A DNA stretch of 64,000 bases, from positions 1 to 64,000 of the forward strand of contig BTVI01000016.1 of assembly GCA_045862955.1 (NCBI GenBank), given 5' to 3'. Shown here piece after piece: positions 47,823-56,697 of this stretch (positions within the stretch are counted from its first letter, which is position 1; each line of letters opens with the position of its first letter). Under the pieces are notes generated by a model. That model was not told the DNA's origin, searched no databases, and worked only from the letters and a program-made list of their open reading frames with translations. Source of the stretch: Fimbriimonadales bacterium (GTDB lineage: Bacteria > Armatimonadota > Fimbriimonadia > Fimbriimonadales > JABRVX01). Made by a program: the position numbers and the translations under genes.

Positions 47823-48533
47823 GTGATGAATCCGGACGCCCTCAAGCAGGTATATGCCGTTCAGGAACTGGATACCCAGATCTCCCAACTCCGGTACCGA
47901 CTGGATCGCCTCGACCGGGGCGAGCGTGAGCAAGCCGCAAGGGATCGGGCAGAAGCCGCTTTTCATGCCGCTGAACAGAGGCAGAAAGAACTCCACATGG
48001 AGCTCACAGACCGCGAACTCGAGTTGAAGTCCGTGGAGGAGAAGAAGAAGAAATTCGAGACCCGCCTTTTTGCCGGCACCATCCTCAACCCGAAAGAGCT
48101 GGACGCCACACAGAAAGAGGTGGAAGCCCTGGGCAGGCAGCGTGCGGCCCTAGACGACCGCATCTTGAGTCTATGGGACGAGATAGAGGCTGCGAAAGGA
48201 GCGGCGGCGGAAGCCAAGAGAGGGCTAGACGCCGCCGAAGCTTTTTTGGCAGCCAAATTGGCCGAGTACGAGGAGCAAAAGGGCAAGCTGGAGCGCGCGC
48301 TGGCCACTCTGGTGCAGAAACGAGCCGAGGCCGCTGCAGCAGTTGCACCCGACCTGCTCGAGCGCTACGAACGTTCGCGCAAGAGACACGACGGCGTGGG
48401 CATTGCGAAGGTACACGACGGCACTTGCGGAGTTTGCGGCATGGTGCTGCCGATGAGCACTCTCGAGGCGCTCCGCAGCGGTGAGCGGCTCGTCACCTGT
48501 GATGCGTGCGCGCGCATCTTGTATATGGAATGA
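47823..48533 (+). CDS. Coiled-coil C4-type zinc-ribbon protein (DUF164)
   Basis: Long coiled coil; CGVC...CDACARILY. Confidence 0.9.
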   Translation: MMNPDALKQVYAVQELDTQISQLRYRLDRLDRGEREQAARDRAEAAFHAAEQRQKELHMELTDRELELKSVEEKKKKFETRLFAGTILNPKELDATQKEVEALGRQRAALDDRILSLWDEIEAAKGAAAEAKRGLDAAEAFLAAKLAEYEEQKGKLERALATLVQKRAEAAAAVAPDLLERYERSRKRHDGVGIAKVHDGTCGVCGMVLPMSTLEALRSGERLVTCDACARILYME

Positions 48534-48958
48534 GCACCGACAAGTTCGACGCCACACTCTTTACGGACGGCGCAAGCAAGGGGAATCCCGGTCCTGCATC
48601 CATCGGCGTACTGATCCAAGATGCAGAGGGAATCACGTTGGCCGAAGTGTCGGAGCGCATCGGTAATGCCACGAACAACGAGGCTGAGTACACTGCTCTG
48701 ATTCGCGGTCTGAAGGAGGCGAAACTGCTAGGTCTCAAGCGGATACGCTGGCTGACAGACTCCGAACTAGCGCATCGGCAGTGGACGGGGCAGTACAAAG
48801 TTCGATCGCCACGCCTGCAGGAGTTGTATTCCCAGGCCAAACTGCTCGCGTCGGATTTCGAGGCAGTGGTGCCCGAGCACGTGCTCCGAGAGAAGAACTC
48901 CAAGGCGGACGCACTGGCTAACTCGGCGTTCGAGAAGGACAGACGTGGTACCCGATGA
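48530..48958 (+). CDS. rnhA: Ribonuclease HI family protein
   Basis: TDGASKGNPGP, TNNEAEY, DSEL, REKNSKADALAN. Confidence 0.9.
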   Translation: MSTDKFDATLFTDGASKGNPGPASIGVLIQDAEGITLAEVSERIGNATNNEAEYTALIRGLKEAKLLGLKRIRWLTDSELAHRQWTGQYKVRSPRLQELYSQAKLLASDFEAVVPEHVLREKNSKADALANSAFEKDRRGTR

Positions 48959-49520
48959 GGCTCTTGCCGAGCTGTTGGCGGGCAACGAGTGCTTCTGCAC
49001 GGGCCGGCCACGTCGGTACGTGTACTCTGCGGCGGACCGTGCAGAGCTGTCACGAGGCCAACACCCCATTGCGTGTGTGCTCTGCTGCTCGGATGCGCGG
49101 GTGGCGCCGGAGGTGATATTCGATCAACCGCTGGGTGGGCTGTTCGTGGTTCGAACACCGGGCAACACCTCGAGCTCCGAGGCACTGGCTGGCTTCGAGT
49201 TCGCGCTGCAGAACCTGGGTGTAGGACTTTTCATGGTGTTGGGTCACACGCACTGCGGCGCAGTAACTGCGGCGGTGGAGGGTCTCGTAGCGACGGGAGC
49301 GGTTGGCGGAGTCCTGCTACGGATTCAGCCTGCCGTGTATCGTGTACCAACCGACGCGCAGAACCGGGTTGCGGCAGTCGCAGAACAGAACGTCCGCGCT
49401 ACCCTGGAGTCCTTGCAGACACAGAGTATGGCGCTGCGAGACGCAGTGCGATCGGGCAGGGCGAAACTGATAGGCGCCATGTACGATCTCGAGGGCGGCC
49501 GAGTGGCTGTCTTAGAGTAG
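48945..49520 (+). CDS. Beta-carbonic anhydrase
   Basis: CSDAR, PEVIFD, GHTHCGAV. Confidence 0.9.
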   Translation: MVPDEALAELLAGNECFCTGRPRRYVYSAADRAELSRGQHPIACVLCCSDARVAPEVIFDQPLGGLFVVRTPGNTSSSEALAGFEFALQNLGVGLFMVLGHTHCGAVTAAVEGLVATGAVGGVLLRIQPAVYRVPTDAQNRVAAVAEQNVRATLESLQTQSMALRDAVRSGRAKLIGAMYDLEGGRVAVLE

Positions 49521-49528
49521 TGTCCAGC

Positions 49529-51259
49529 TTACTTCTCGCTGGGCAAGATGATGCCTCGCATGATCACGTTCTGAGCAAACATGAAGACTACCAGTGTAGG
49601 GATTGCCGCGAGCGTCAGGGCTGCCATAGTGAGGAACTTCGGAGCGCGCACCTGTAGCTGATAAAGCCACACCATAACCGTCCACATCCGCTGATCTTGA
49701 CACACCAGAAACGCGTACATGAACGCTCCGTAGGCAGCCAAGAAGCTCTGTAGTGCTATGACCGCGAAGATGGGCTTGCTGAGGGGCATCGTGACGCGGC
49801 GGAACAGTGTTAGCTCGCCCGCACCGTCAATCGTGCCTGCTTCGTAGAGCTCCCGAGGCAAGCTGTCGAAGAATCCCTTCAGCAAGAAGATGGCGAAACC
49901 GTTGGCCATGCCGGGCAGCACCAGAGCCCAATACGTGTTGAGCATCCCCAGGGACTTGAGTAGCAGGAAGTTGGGGATCATCGCAACCTCGGCAGGGAAT
50001 GCCATGGTGGCAAGAAGAAAGAGCAGAATTCGCCCGGTAGCACGCATGGGGAAGCGTGACAGCGCATAGGCGCACAGGGGGTTCACGATGAGATGGGTGA
50101 CCACTACTGCTATACAGAAGAAGAGTGTGACCCATACCGCTCGCCCGTGCAAGAGGATGTAGTTCAGCACGTAGCGGTAGTTGCGCGTTGCGAAGTCCCA
50201 TCGTAGAGCGCCGAGGTGCTTCTGCACGTAGTCCCATTCGTTCTGTGCGATGATATCCCCGATAGGCCTGTCTAACTCGGAACCTAACAGCGCGGCGAAC
50301 CGATGCTCCAGCGTGTTAGGGCGCAAGGCCGCGAGTGGTGCCTCCTTGATGCGCTTTTCCAAAGCATCCCTCTGCAGTGGGTCGCGCAAGTCTACCCCTC
50401 GGTCGCAGCGCCGGAAGACGCCGTCCGGGCCTGCCATCAGAATATAGCGATAGGGAAGGCGCTCCCGCAGGCACCGCTCCCAGAGCTTCGCTGCGATGGG
50501 AGAGGACGGTGGAGTTTTGCCGAACGGAATCTGCTGGATGGACACGTAGTTCGTGCCCCAGGCCGCGTTGAGCTTCTCGACGCTGCTTTTGTATTCGCCG
50601 TTGAGCATCTCTTGCCACACACGGTCGCCACAGACCGGTATGCGGAAGTGGGCAGGCAGCGTCTGTTTGAACTGGAGCCAGTCCGCGGTCTTCTTATCGT
50701 CGCGGTGTTGGAAGTCGCGGCGATGAAGCTTCTCGAACGGCGGCTCAATGGTCTGCAGAACCGTGTTCTCTTCTCCATACTCGCGGTTCAGGCGCTCGAG
50801 ATCGCCCCCGAACTCGACGCGGCAGTACTCCTGATATTTCTCGTTCAGAAGGCTGATCAACCGCTGTTGTGTGATGCGATATCCGATGTTGTAGTCCTCA
50901 GGGGGCAGTGTGGCCACGAACTGCCGCCATCGGCGCACCAAGTCGGGCGGCACGGACGCGGAGGGAGCTCTCAGGTTGGATGTGTTGGAGAGGGTGATCC
51001 CGTACGCATAGCCGATCTCCTCTGGGCTGTCGGCGTACTTGTCTTCGGCGAACTTCACGAAGACGCGCTCGGCGTCGGTCAGATATCTCGGCAAAAGGGT
51101 TTGCTCGTTCTGGTCCACCGCACTCGTCATTCCCTTGGTGACCATGACGAGGAATGGGTACACCATGGAGACGGCCCCGATGCTCAGCGCCACGTATAGT
51201 CCGGCAAGGACGAGCCGAACCTTCCATGACCGACGACCGACCTTCGGGATGATTGGCAT
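49529..51259 (-). CDS. Carbohydrate ABC transporter permease (MalG-like) with large extracytoplasmic insertion
   Basis: EAGTIDGA EAA motif, AYALSRF, GFFDSLPRELY; ~300-aa soluble insert after TM1. Confidence 0.85.
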   Translation of the reverse strand: MPIIPKVGRRSWKVRLVLAGLYVALSIGAVSMVYPFLVMVTKGMTSAVDQNEQTLLPRYLTDAERVFVKFAEDKYADSPEEIGYAYGITLSNTSNLRAPSASVPPDLVRRWRQFVATLPPEDYNIGYRITQQRLISLLNEKYQEYCRVEFGGDLERLNREYGEENTVLQTIEPPFEKLHRRDFQHRDDKKTADWLQFKQTLPAHFRIPVCGDRVWQEMLNGEYKSSVEKLNAAWGTNYVSIQQIPFGKTPPSSPIAAKLWERCLRERLPYRYILMAGPDGVFRRCDRGVDLRDPLQRDALEKRIKEAPLAALRPNTLEHRFAALLGSELDRPIGDIIAQNEWDYVQKHLGALRWDFATRNYRYVLNYILLHGRAVWVTLFFCIAVVVTHLIVNPLCAYALSRFPMRATGRILLFLLATMAFPAEVAMIPNFLLLKSLGMLNTYWALVLPGMANGFAIFLLKGFFDSLPRELYEAGTIDGAGELTLFRRVTMPLSKPIFAVIALQSFLAAYGAFMYAFLVCQDQRMWTVMVWLYQLQVRAPKFLTMAALTLAAIPTLVVFMFAQNVIMRGIILPSEK

Positions 51260-51309
51260 GTTGGCGTTCCGTAGCTGACCCGGACTGGACCCAGCTTCGG
51301 CGCGGAGTG

Positions 51310-52068
51310 CTATCTTCCTGCTCGCTCGCGCAACGCTAGTAGGCCGGATATGGCGGCGAAAGCTGCATGCTCGGTGCGGAGCACACGCGGGCCGAGCGAG
51401 GCTATCTCCCAGCCGCGCTCCCGGGCGAGCGAGACTTCAGCGTCCGAGAAACCTCCCTCGGGTCCGACTACGAAAGCGACTGCGTCGCAGGAGCCTGCAA
51501 CCTCGGCGAGCAGCGGAATGTTGGATCCTTCGTACAGCAGCACAGCTGGTACGTCAGCCGGCGGTGCGGATGCCAGGTCGCTCGCCCACCCCACCTCGGG
51601 GGTGCGTGCGCGAAGGCTCACCTCGGCCGAATCACGGGCGATCGCCCGGAGCCTCTCCAGCCGGTTCACTACGCGCGCTTCGGGCCATCGGGCCACGCAT
51701 CGCTCCGACTCGAACAGCGTAAACCCAGACGCGCCCACCTCGGTGCAGGAGCGGACGACGGCCTCCAGCTTGTCTCCCTTGGCGATCGCTTGGCAGATGT
51801 GAATGCGAGACGCGGGCTCAGTGTCCAGCGTGTGGCGCTCCAAGACCTCCGCCGACAGGTTGCCTCGCTCGATCCACACGACGCGGCACACGAAGCAGTC
51901 TCCCGACCCATCCATCACCGCGAGCGGATCGCCGACCCTCAGTCTAAGGACATGGTTTGCCTTGTGAGCTTGATCGGCGTCTAAGTTCACGCGCCCGCCG
52001 GTGATCTGCTCCGGCAGAACGTGGAAGCGGGGAAGTGCCCTTATCGCCTCACGACCAGTGCTACCCAC
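51310..52068 (-). CDS. rsmE: 16S rRNA m3U1498 methyltransferase
   Basis: HVLRL, KGDKLE, TEVG, VGPEGGFS, LGPRVLRTEHA; GTG start inferred. Confidence 0.92.
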   Translation of the reverse strand: MGSTGREAIRALPRFHVLPEQITGGRVNLDADQAHKANHVLRLRVGDPLAVMDGSGDCFVCRVVWIERGNLSAEVLERHTLDTEPASRIHICQAIAKGDKLEAVVRSCTEVGASGFTLFESERCVARWPEARVVNRLERLRAIARDSAEVSLRARTPEVGWASDLASAPPADVPAVLLYEGSNIPLLAEVAGSCDAVAFVVGPEGGFSDAEVSLARERGWEIASLGPRVLRTEHAAFAAISGLLALRERAGR

Positions 52069-52895
52069 TCGCCATCCTCGCGGCGCTCCACAGGCGCGAA
52101 ACCGGCGTTCTCGCACGCAGCATGCACGCTATTCTCGTTGTCGCGGGAGATCCCCGAGAGTATCCACAGCCCGCCCGGCTTAAGGCGCGATACCACATCG
52201 CCTGCTAGGCGCACCAGAGTAGCCGAAACGATGTTAGACACGGTGAGGTCGAATAGCGCACGGCACCAGCCCACACCTTCCGCGAGCACCACGTCTGCCC
52301 TGTCGCCACACCCGTTCCTCTGCAAGTTCTCTCTGGCCACTGCCACGCTGACCGGGTCCACGTCGCAGCAGACGACGTGGTCTGCACCGAGCTTGAGCGC
52401 CGCGATCGAGAGAATCCCGGAGCCGACTCCGATATCCAGCACATCGTCTCGGGCTCGCAGATGGTGCTCTAACAGTTCGAGGCACATCTGCGTAGTCGGA
52501 TGCTCGCCAGTGCCGAAAGCCTGCCCGGGATCGAGGTCGAGAACGATATCGTCCGCTCCGGCCTCGGTTTGTTCCCAGGAAGGACAGACCACGAGCCGCC
52601 GCCCAATCCGCCTGGGTCGGAAGAATGCTTTCCATGCCTCGGACCAGTCCGTCTCCTCGATCACGCGCGACGCGAGTGTCAACCCCGTGCTTGCCAGTCG
52701 TAGCTGAGCCTGCAGCGCTGCGCTGTCTCCGTTCCTATCGTCCGGCAGATAGGCCGCAACTCGGGGGGGATCGTCATAAAGTACAGAGCCGGGGGCTCCG
52801 ATCTCGTCGAAAATGGAGAAGAGGGCCTCGACGGTGTCCGGACCGGCTGAATCTGGCAGAGCGACCGACAACTCTCGCCAGCGAACCAGGCTCAT
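52041..52895 (-). CDS. prmA: Ribosomal protein L11 methyltransferase
   Basis: DWSEAWK, DPGQAFGTGEHPTT, LDIGVGSGILS. Confidence 0.95.
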   Translation of the reverse strand: MSLVRWRELSVALPDSAGPDTVEALFSIFDEIGAPGSVLYDDPPRVAAYLPDDRNGDSAALQAQLRLASTGLTLASRVIEETDWSEAWKAFFRPRRIGRRLVVCPSWEQTEAGADDIVLDLDPGQAFGTGEHPTTQMCLELLEHHLRARDDVLDIGVGSGILSIAALKLGADHVVCCDVDPVSVAVARENLQRNGCGDRADVVLAEGVGWCRALFDLTVSNIVSATLVRLAGDVVSRLKPGGLWILSGISRDNENSVHAACENAGFAPVERREDGEWVALVVRR

Positions 52896-54023
52896 CTATC
52901 CCTCGCCGCGAAGAGTGTCCTTGAACTGGTCCAGGAAGCTCTTCCCCTTCCTGCGTTTGGTAGTTGGGCGTCCGGTTTCGCGCTCGAACTCGAGGAGCAG
53001 CTGTTTCTGGCGCTCGGTCAGGTCTGTGGGTACTGTCAACCGCAAGCTGACGTGGAGGTCCCCTCTGCCTTCCCGCCCTAGCGCTGGCATGCCTTTGCCT
53101 CGGATCCTGATTTCCGTGCCCGGCTGGGTGCCAGGCTTGATCTCGACCTCGACGGGGCCGTCTACCCCGTCTACGGTCACGGTGTCGCCGAGGGCTAGTT
53201 GCGTGAACGTAGTCTCGAGATTGGTGTAGAGCTCGGTGCCGCGCCGTTGCAGACGCTTGTCCGAAGCCACCGAAACGTTGATGAACAGGTCCCCCGGCGG
53301 TCCGCCCTTGATACCGTCGTTCCCCCCGCCAGACAGCTGCAGTGTGGCCCCGTCCTCGACGCCTCGGGGGATCTCGATACTCTGCTCGACAGTCTTCTTG
53401 ACCCGCCCGGAGCCACGGCAGGTGTGACAGGCATCTTGAATCACCCTACCTTGGCCTCTGCAGGCATAGCACGGCGTGCTGATGACCGTGGTGCCGAAGA
53501 ATGTCCTGTGCTGCTCGTTCACTTGACCGAGCCCCCCACAGTGAGGGCAGCTAACCGGCGAGCTGCCGGGCCGCGCTCCGGACCCATTGCAAGTGTCGCA
53601 TGTGGTCAGCCTGGAGAAAGATAGTTTCTTGCGGACCCCCGTAAGGGCTTCCTCGAGCGAGATCTGAACGTTCAGCTCTACCGGCTCGCCGGCCTGGGCT
53701 CCGGAGCGGCGGTCGCGGGTCCGACCGCCGCTTCCGAAAAACATCTCGAAGATGTCGCCAAGGCCCGTGAAGGGGTCCTCGATGGTCATACCGCCAGCGT
53801 CGTCACCTACGAAGCCATAGCGGTCGTACCGAGCTCTTCGCTCATCGTCCGAGAGAACCTGGTACGCTTCGTTTATCTCTTTGAAGCGCTCCTCCGCCAT
53901 CCGGTCGCCGGCGTTCACGTCGGGGTGATGCTCTCTCGCGAGACGCCGGTATGCGCTCTGAATCTCAGCGCGCGAAGCATCGCGCGAAACCCCGAGAACC
54001 TCGTAGTAGTCGCGAGTCGGCAT
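52896..54023 (-). CDS. dnaJ: Chaperone DnaJ
   Basis: J domain with HPD; four CxxCxGxG motifs. Confidence 0.97.
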   Translation of the reverse strand: MPTRDYYEVLGVSRDASRAEIQSAYRRLAREHHPDVNAGDRMAEERFKEINEAYQVLSDDERRARYDRYGFVGDDAGGMTIEDPFTGLGDIFEMFFGSGGRTRDRRSGAQAGEPVELNVQISLEEALTGVRKKLSFSRLTTCDTCNGSGARPGSSPVSCPHCGGLGQVNEQHRTFFGTTVISTPCYACRGQGRVIQDACHTCRGSGRVKKTVEQSIEIPRGVEDGATLQLSGGGNDGIKGGPPGDLFINVSVASDKRLQRRGTELYTNLETTFTQLALGDTVTVDGVDGPVEVEIKPGTQPGTEIRIRGKGMPALGREGRGDLHVSLRLTVPTDLTERQKQLLLEFERETGRPTTKRRKGKSFLDQFKDTLRGEG

Positions 54024-54036
54024 TCCGGAAAGGCAG

Positions 54037-54579
54037 CTAATCGAGTGCTTCTTCGGTCGCGTCTAGCGGGGACTCCTCGTCACCGCTGTCCGCATCGTCT
54101 TCGATCACGACGTCGCTAGGCAGGTCGTCGGGATCGATTTCGACCAGGGGCTCCTCGTCTTCGTCGTCGCCTTCGGCCGGCTCTTCGTCGTCCAGCAACA
54201 CCGACATGTCGGTAGTGTCATCGTCCGCGGCGACTTCATCCAGTTCTTCGTCGTCGTCCAACAAGGAGCGGATGTCCGCAGTGGCGGCTAACGTTTCTTC
54301 CTCGATATCGAGTGCGGGGAGAGCTACCGTGGCCTCCAGCGCCAACAGGGTCTCTTCCGGTGTCGGTTCGTGCTCCACCTCCTCGGTCTTGACGTCCAAG
54401 ATCGGCCGAACCTTGTTTTGAGCTATCTCGGCAAGGGCGATCGTGAGGCTGTGATTCGAGTCCGTGTCCACCAAGGGTGGAGCGCCTTCCTTCAGCTGCT
54501 TCGCTCGCTTGGCGGCCATGAGGGCCAACACGTAGCTGCTTCCGACTCGTTCCACCAAGTCCGACGTGGATTGGAACAT
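54037..54579 (-). CDS. rpoZ: RNA polymerase omega subunit with long acidic C-terminal extension
   Basis: SSYVLALMAAKRAKQL...TIALAEIA; AGGAGG RBS. Confidence 0.88.
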   Translation of the reverse strand: MFQSTSDLVERVGSSYVLALMAAKRAKQLKEGAPPLVDTDSNHSLTIALAEIAQNKVRPILDVKTEEVEHEPTPEETLLALEATVALPALDIEEETLAATADIRSLLDDDEELDEVAADDDTTDMSVLLDDEEPAEGDDEDEEPLVEIDPDDLPSDVVIEDDADSGDEESPLDATEEALD

Positions 54580-54788
54580 GAACTGCTGAACCTCCTAGTT
54601 CGCGGGCGTCGCATGAGCACGCCCCTCTATCGTTACGGCTAGTGGTAAGCCGCAGATTGCTCGAGGCTAGGTGCCCTCCGCCCGCAAGCTAAAAAGTGTA
54701 CCCATGCTATTGAAGGCTACGCAACAGTCTGTTCACGGGTTCGCATTCTCTCAGACGTTGGGCCCAAGCGGTGCCATAATCGCGAATC

Positions 54789-55730
54789 ATGAAGCTCTCC
54801 TTCGCGCCGCTTTCGCAGAGCACCCGGGTGGCTCTCCTGATAGCCTTAGCTTCGTGCCTGCTCGTGTCCGGGTGTCGTGGCTCCTCCCCCAACACGTCTG
54901 CCGAGCCGAAGGGCCGACAAGCCGCGACGACCCAGCCCGCAGGCCCCCCGACCGGCCAGGCGGCAGGGGCCGGCCAGACTAGCGAGGTCGTTCGCCTGCG
55001 ATTCGAGCTTCCACCCGACAAGCCAATAAAGTACGACCTTACTTCTCGAATGTTCGTGTCCGAGGGTGCCGGGGGTAGTGAGACCTCTAAGCTGCAAATG
55101 ACCAGTACTACTGTGGCAGTGCAATCCGCCAAGCGTGCGGACAAGTCAGGCATCTTCCCGGTGGAAGTTCGCTTTCAGTCGCCCAAAGCCACCGTCGAGC
55201 GGGGAGGGCAGGCCGATGTCAGCCATGCACGCATGCTGGAGGAGCGGCTGCGTTCTCAGGTCCAGGTCTACCGCTTCGACAGCCGGGGTCGCATCCATCT
55301 CGGCGAAGGCGACGAGGTTCCGTTCGAGGTCGGACTAAATGGGCTGGTCTTCCCAGAAGGGCCTGTCGGAGTTGGGGCAACCTGGACGCACTCGTGCAAG
55401 CTGAACCTGGCCAAGATCGTCGAAGCGGGCGCGCCCACCATCCCCGTGACCGCCAAGTTCCGACTACTAGAGCTATCGGACCGCAAAGGGTCCCGCCAAG
55501 CCAAAGTTCGCATGGCAGTAGATGCGGCAGTCGCCGAGGACTCGCCCGACGACAAGACCATCCGATATAGCGGTACGGTCAAGTTGTCCGAGGACGCCTG
55601 GGTCGAGGTCGAGACCGGCATCATTCAGAGCGCAGAGAGCAAGATAGACGTGCAGGTAAGCAAGCTGCAGGGCGGCACCCTTCGCACATTTGTGCGAACA
55701 GCCGAGCAGACCATGGTCCGAAGGCCGTGA
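54789..55730 (+). CDS. Hypothetical lipoprotein (DUF6263-like beta-rich fold)
   Basis: Lipobox LVSGC; FPEGPVGVGATW. Confidence 0.7.
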   Translation: MKLSFAPLSQSTRVALLIALASCLLVSGCRGSSPNTSAEPKGRQAATTQPAGPPTGQAAGAGQTSEVVRLRFELPPDKPIKYDLTSRMFVSEGAGGSETSKLQMTSTTVAVQSAKRADKSGIFPVEVRFQSPKATVERGGQADVSHARMLEERLRSQVQVYRFDSRGRIHLGEGDEVPFEVGLNGLVFPEGPVGVGATWTHSCKLNLAKIVEAGAPTIPVTAKFRLLELSDRKGSRQAKVRMAVDAAVAEDSPDDKTIRYSGTVKLSEDAWVEVETGIIQSAESKIDVQVSKLQGGTLRTFVRTAEQTMVRRP

Positions 55731-56554
55731 CCGCCCGGTTCTGCCTTCTGCTCGTCGCCCTACCACTGGCGTCCGGATGCGGACCGCTTCGTGGGCCGGA
55801 TAGGAACTCTGCTGCGCTCCCCCAGAACGGCACGGTGTCCGACAAGCCGAGGCTGACATTCCGCGATGGCGAGGTTCTTCGCTACAGTCTGGTCCACGAT
55901 ACCCGGTACAGCTTGACCGGGCCGCTAGCTCCCTCACCCGTAGAGATGCACGTGGCCTTCTCGGCTACGCAGGTCCACTCCGTCGTAGACATCGAGGGGC
56001 CGCGAGCGAGGATCGAGGTCCGGCTGGAAGATGTGAAGCTGGCCAAGGGGGACGACGCCTTGGCACGACGGATCGCTGGTCAGGTAGCCACGCTGTGGGT
56101 CGCACCGAGCGGACTGGCCGAAGTCCGCCATTCGGAACCTGGCAGGGGTCCCGGTGCGCCGGCCTCCGTCGCCTACCTCGGCGTTGTCTTGCCCAACCGC
56201 AGCCCTCGAGCCACCCATCGCTGGGACGTCCAGCTCTCCTTCCCCATCGGTAGGCTACTCGGCCGTGTGGTGCCCGAGGAGCACGTGATCCCAGTCGCCG
56301 TCCGCTACACCCTAGAAGCGCCGCGGGAACGCGGCCAAGTGTTGCGCTACTCGGGCAGGAGGGACTTCGAGTTCGAACACGCCGCCGAACGCGCGGTCGG
56401 CACGCTGGAAGTGAACGGGCTGGCGGAACTCACTCGAGACGGCTCGCGGGTAGCTTTCAACGAGGAGTCCGCTGCGGTCGTCGCCGAGATCGAGATGGCA
56501 GGCAGGAGCGGCTCGGTCAGGGTCGTCACTAAGTCAACGCTCCGGCTTCCCTGA
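55727..56554 (+). CDS. Hypothetical lipoprotein, probable divergent paralog of the upstream gene
   Basis: Lipobox LASGC; GVVLPNRSPRATHRW; GTGA overlap. Confidence 0.65.
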   Translation: MTARFCLLLVALPLASGCGPLRGPDRNSAALPQNGTVSDKPRLTFRDGEVLRYSLVHDTRYSLTGPLAPSPVEMHVAFSATQVHSVVDIEGPRARIEVRLEDVKLAKGDDALARRIAGQVATLWVAPSGLAEVRHSEPGRGPGAPASVAYLGVVLPNRSPRATHRWDVQLSFPIGRLLGRVVPEEHVIPVAVRYTLEAPRERGQVLRYSGRRDFEFEHAAERAVGTLEVNGLAELTRDGSRVAFNEESAAVVAEIEMAGRSGSVRVVTKSTLRLP

Positions 56555-56697
56555 GGACCTGCCGAAACTAGCGGTGCAGCAGCCTGCTCGAGCTCGTTAA
56601 TTCTAGGTAGATAGCCAGGGCTTCGCGCGGCCGGGGGCCCAAACTGTTGAGCTACCCCTCGGGTGCGCACAAAGCCATAGGTACAATCCCACACCGC

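Noticed and set aside
54445..54473. tRNA-like 3' end (TTCGAGTCC...CCACCA)
   Set aside because: It lies antisense within the rpoZ core and forms no cloverleaf.
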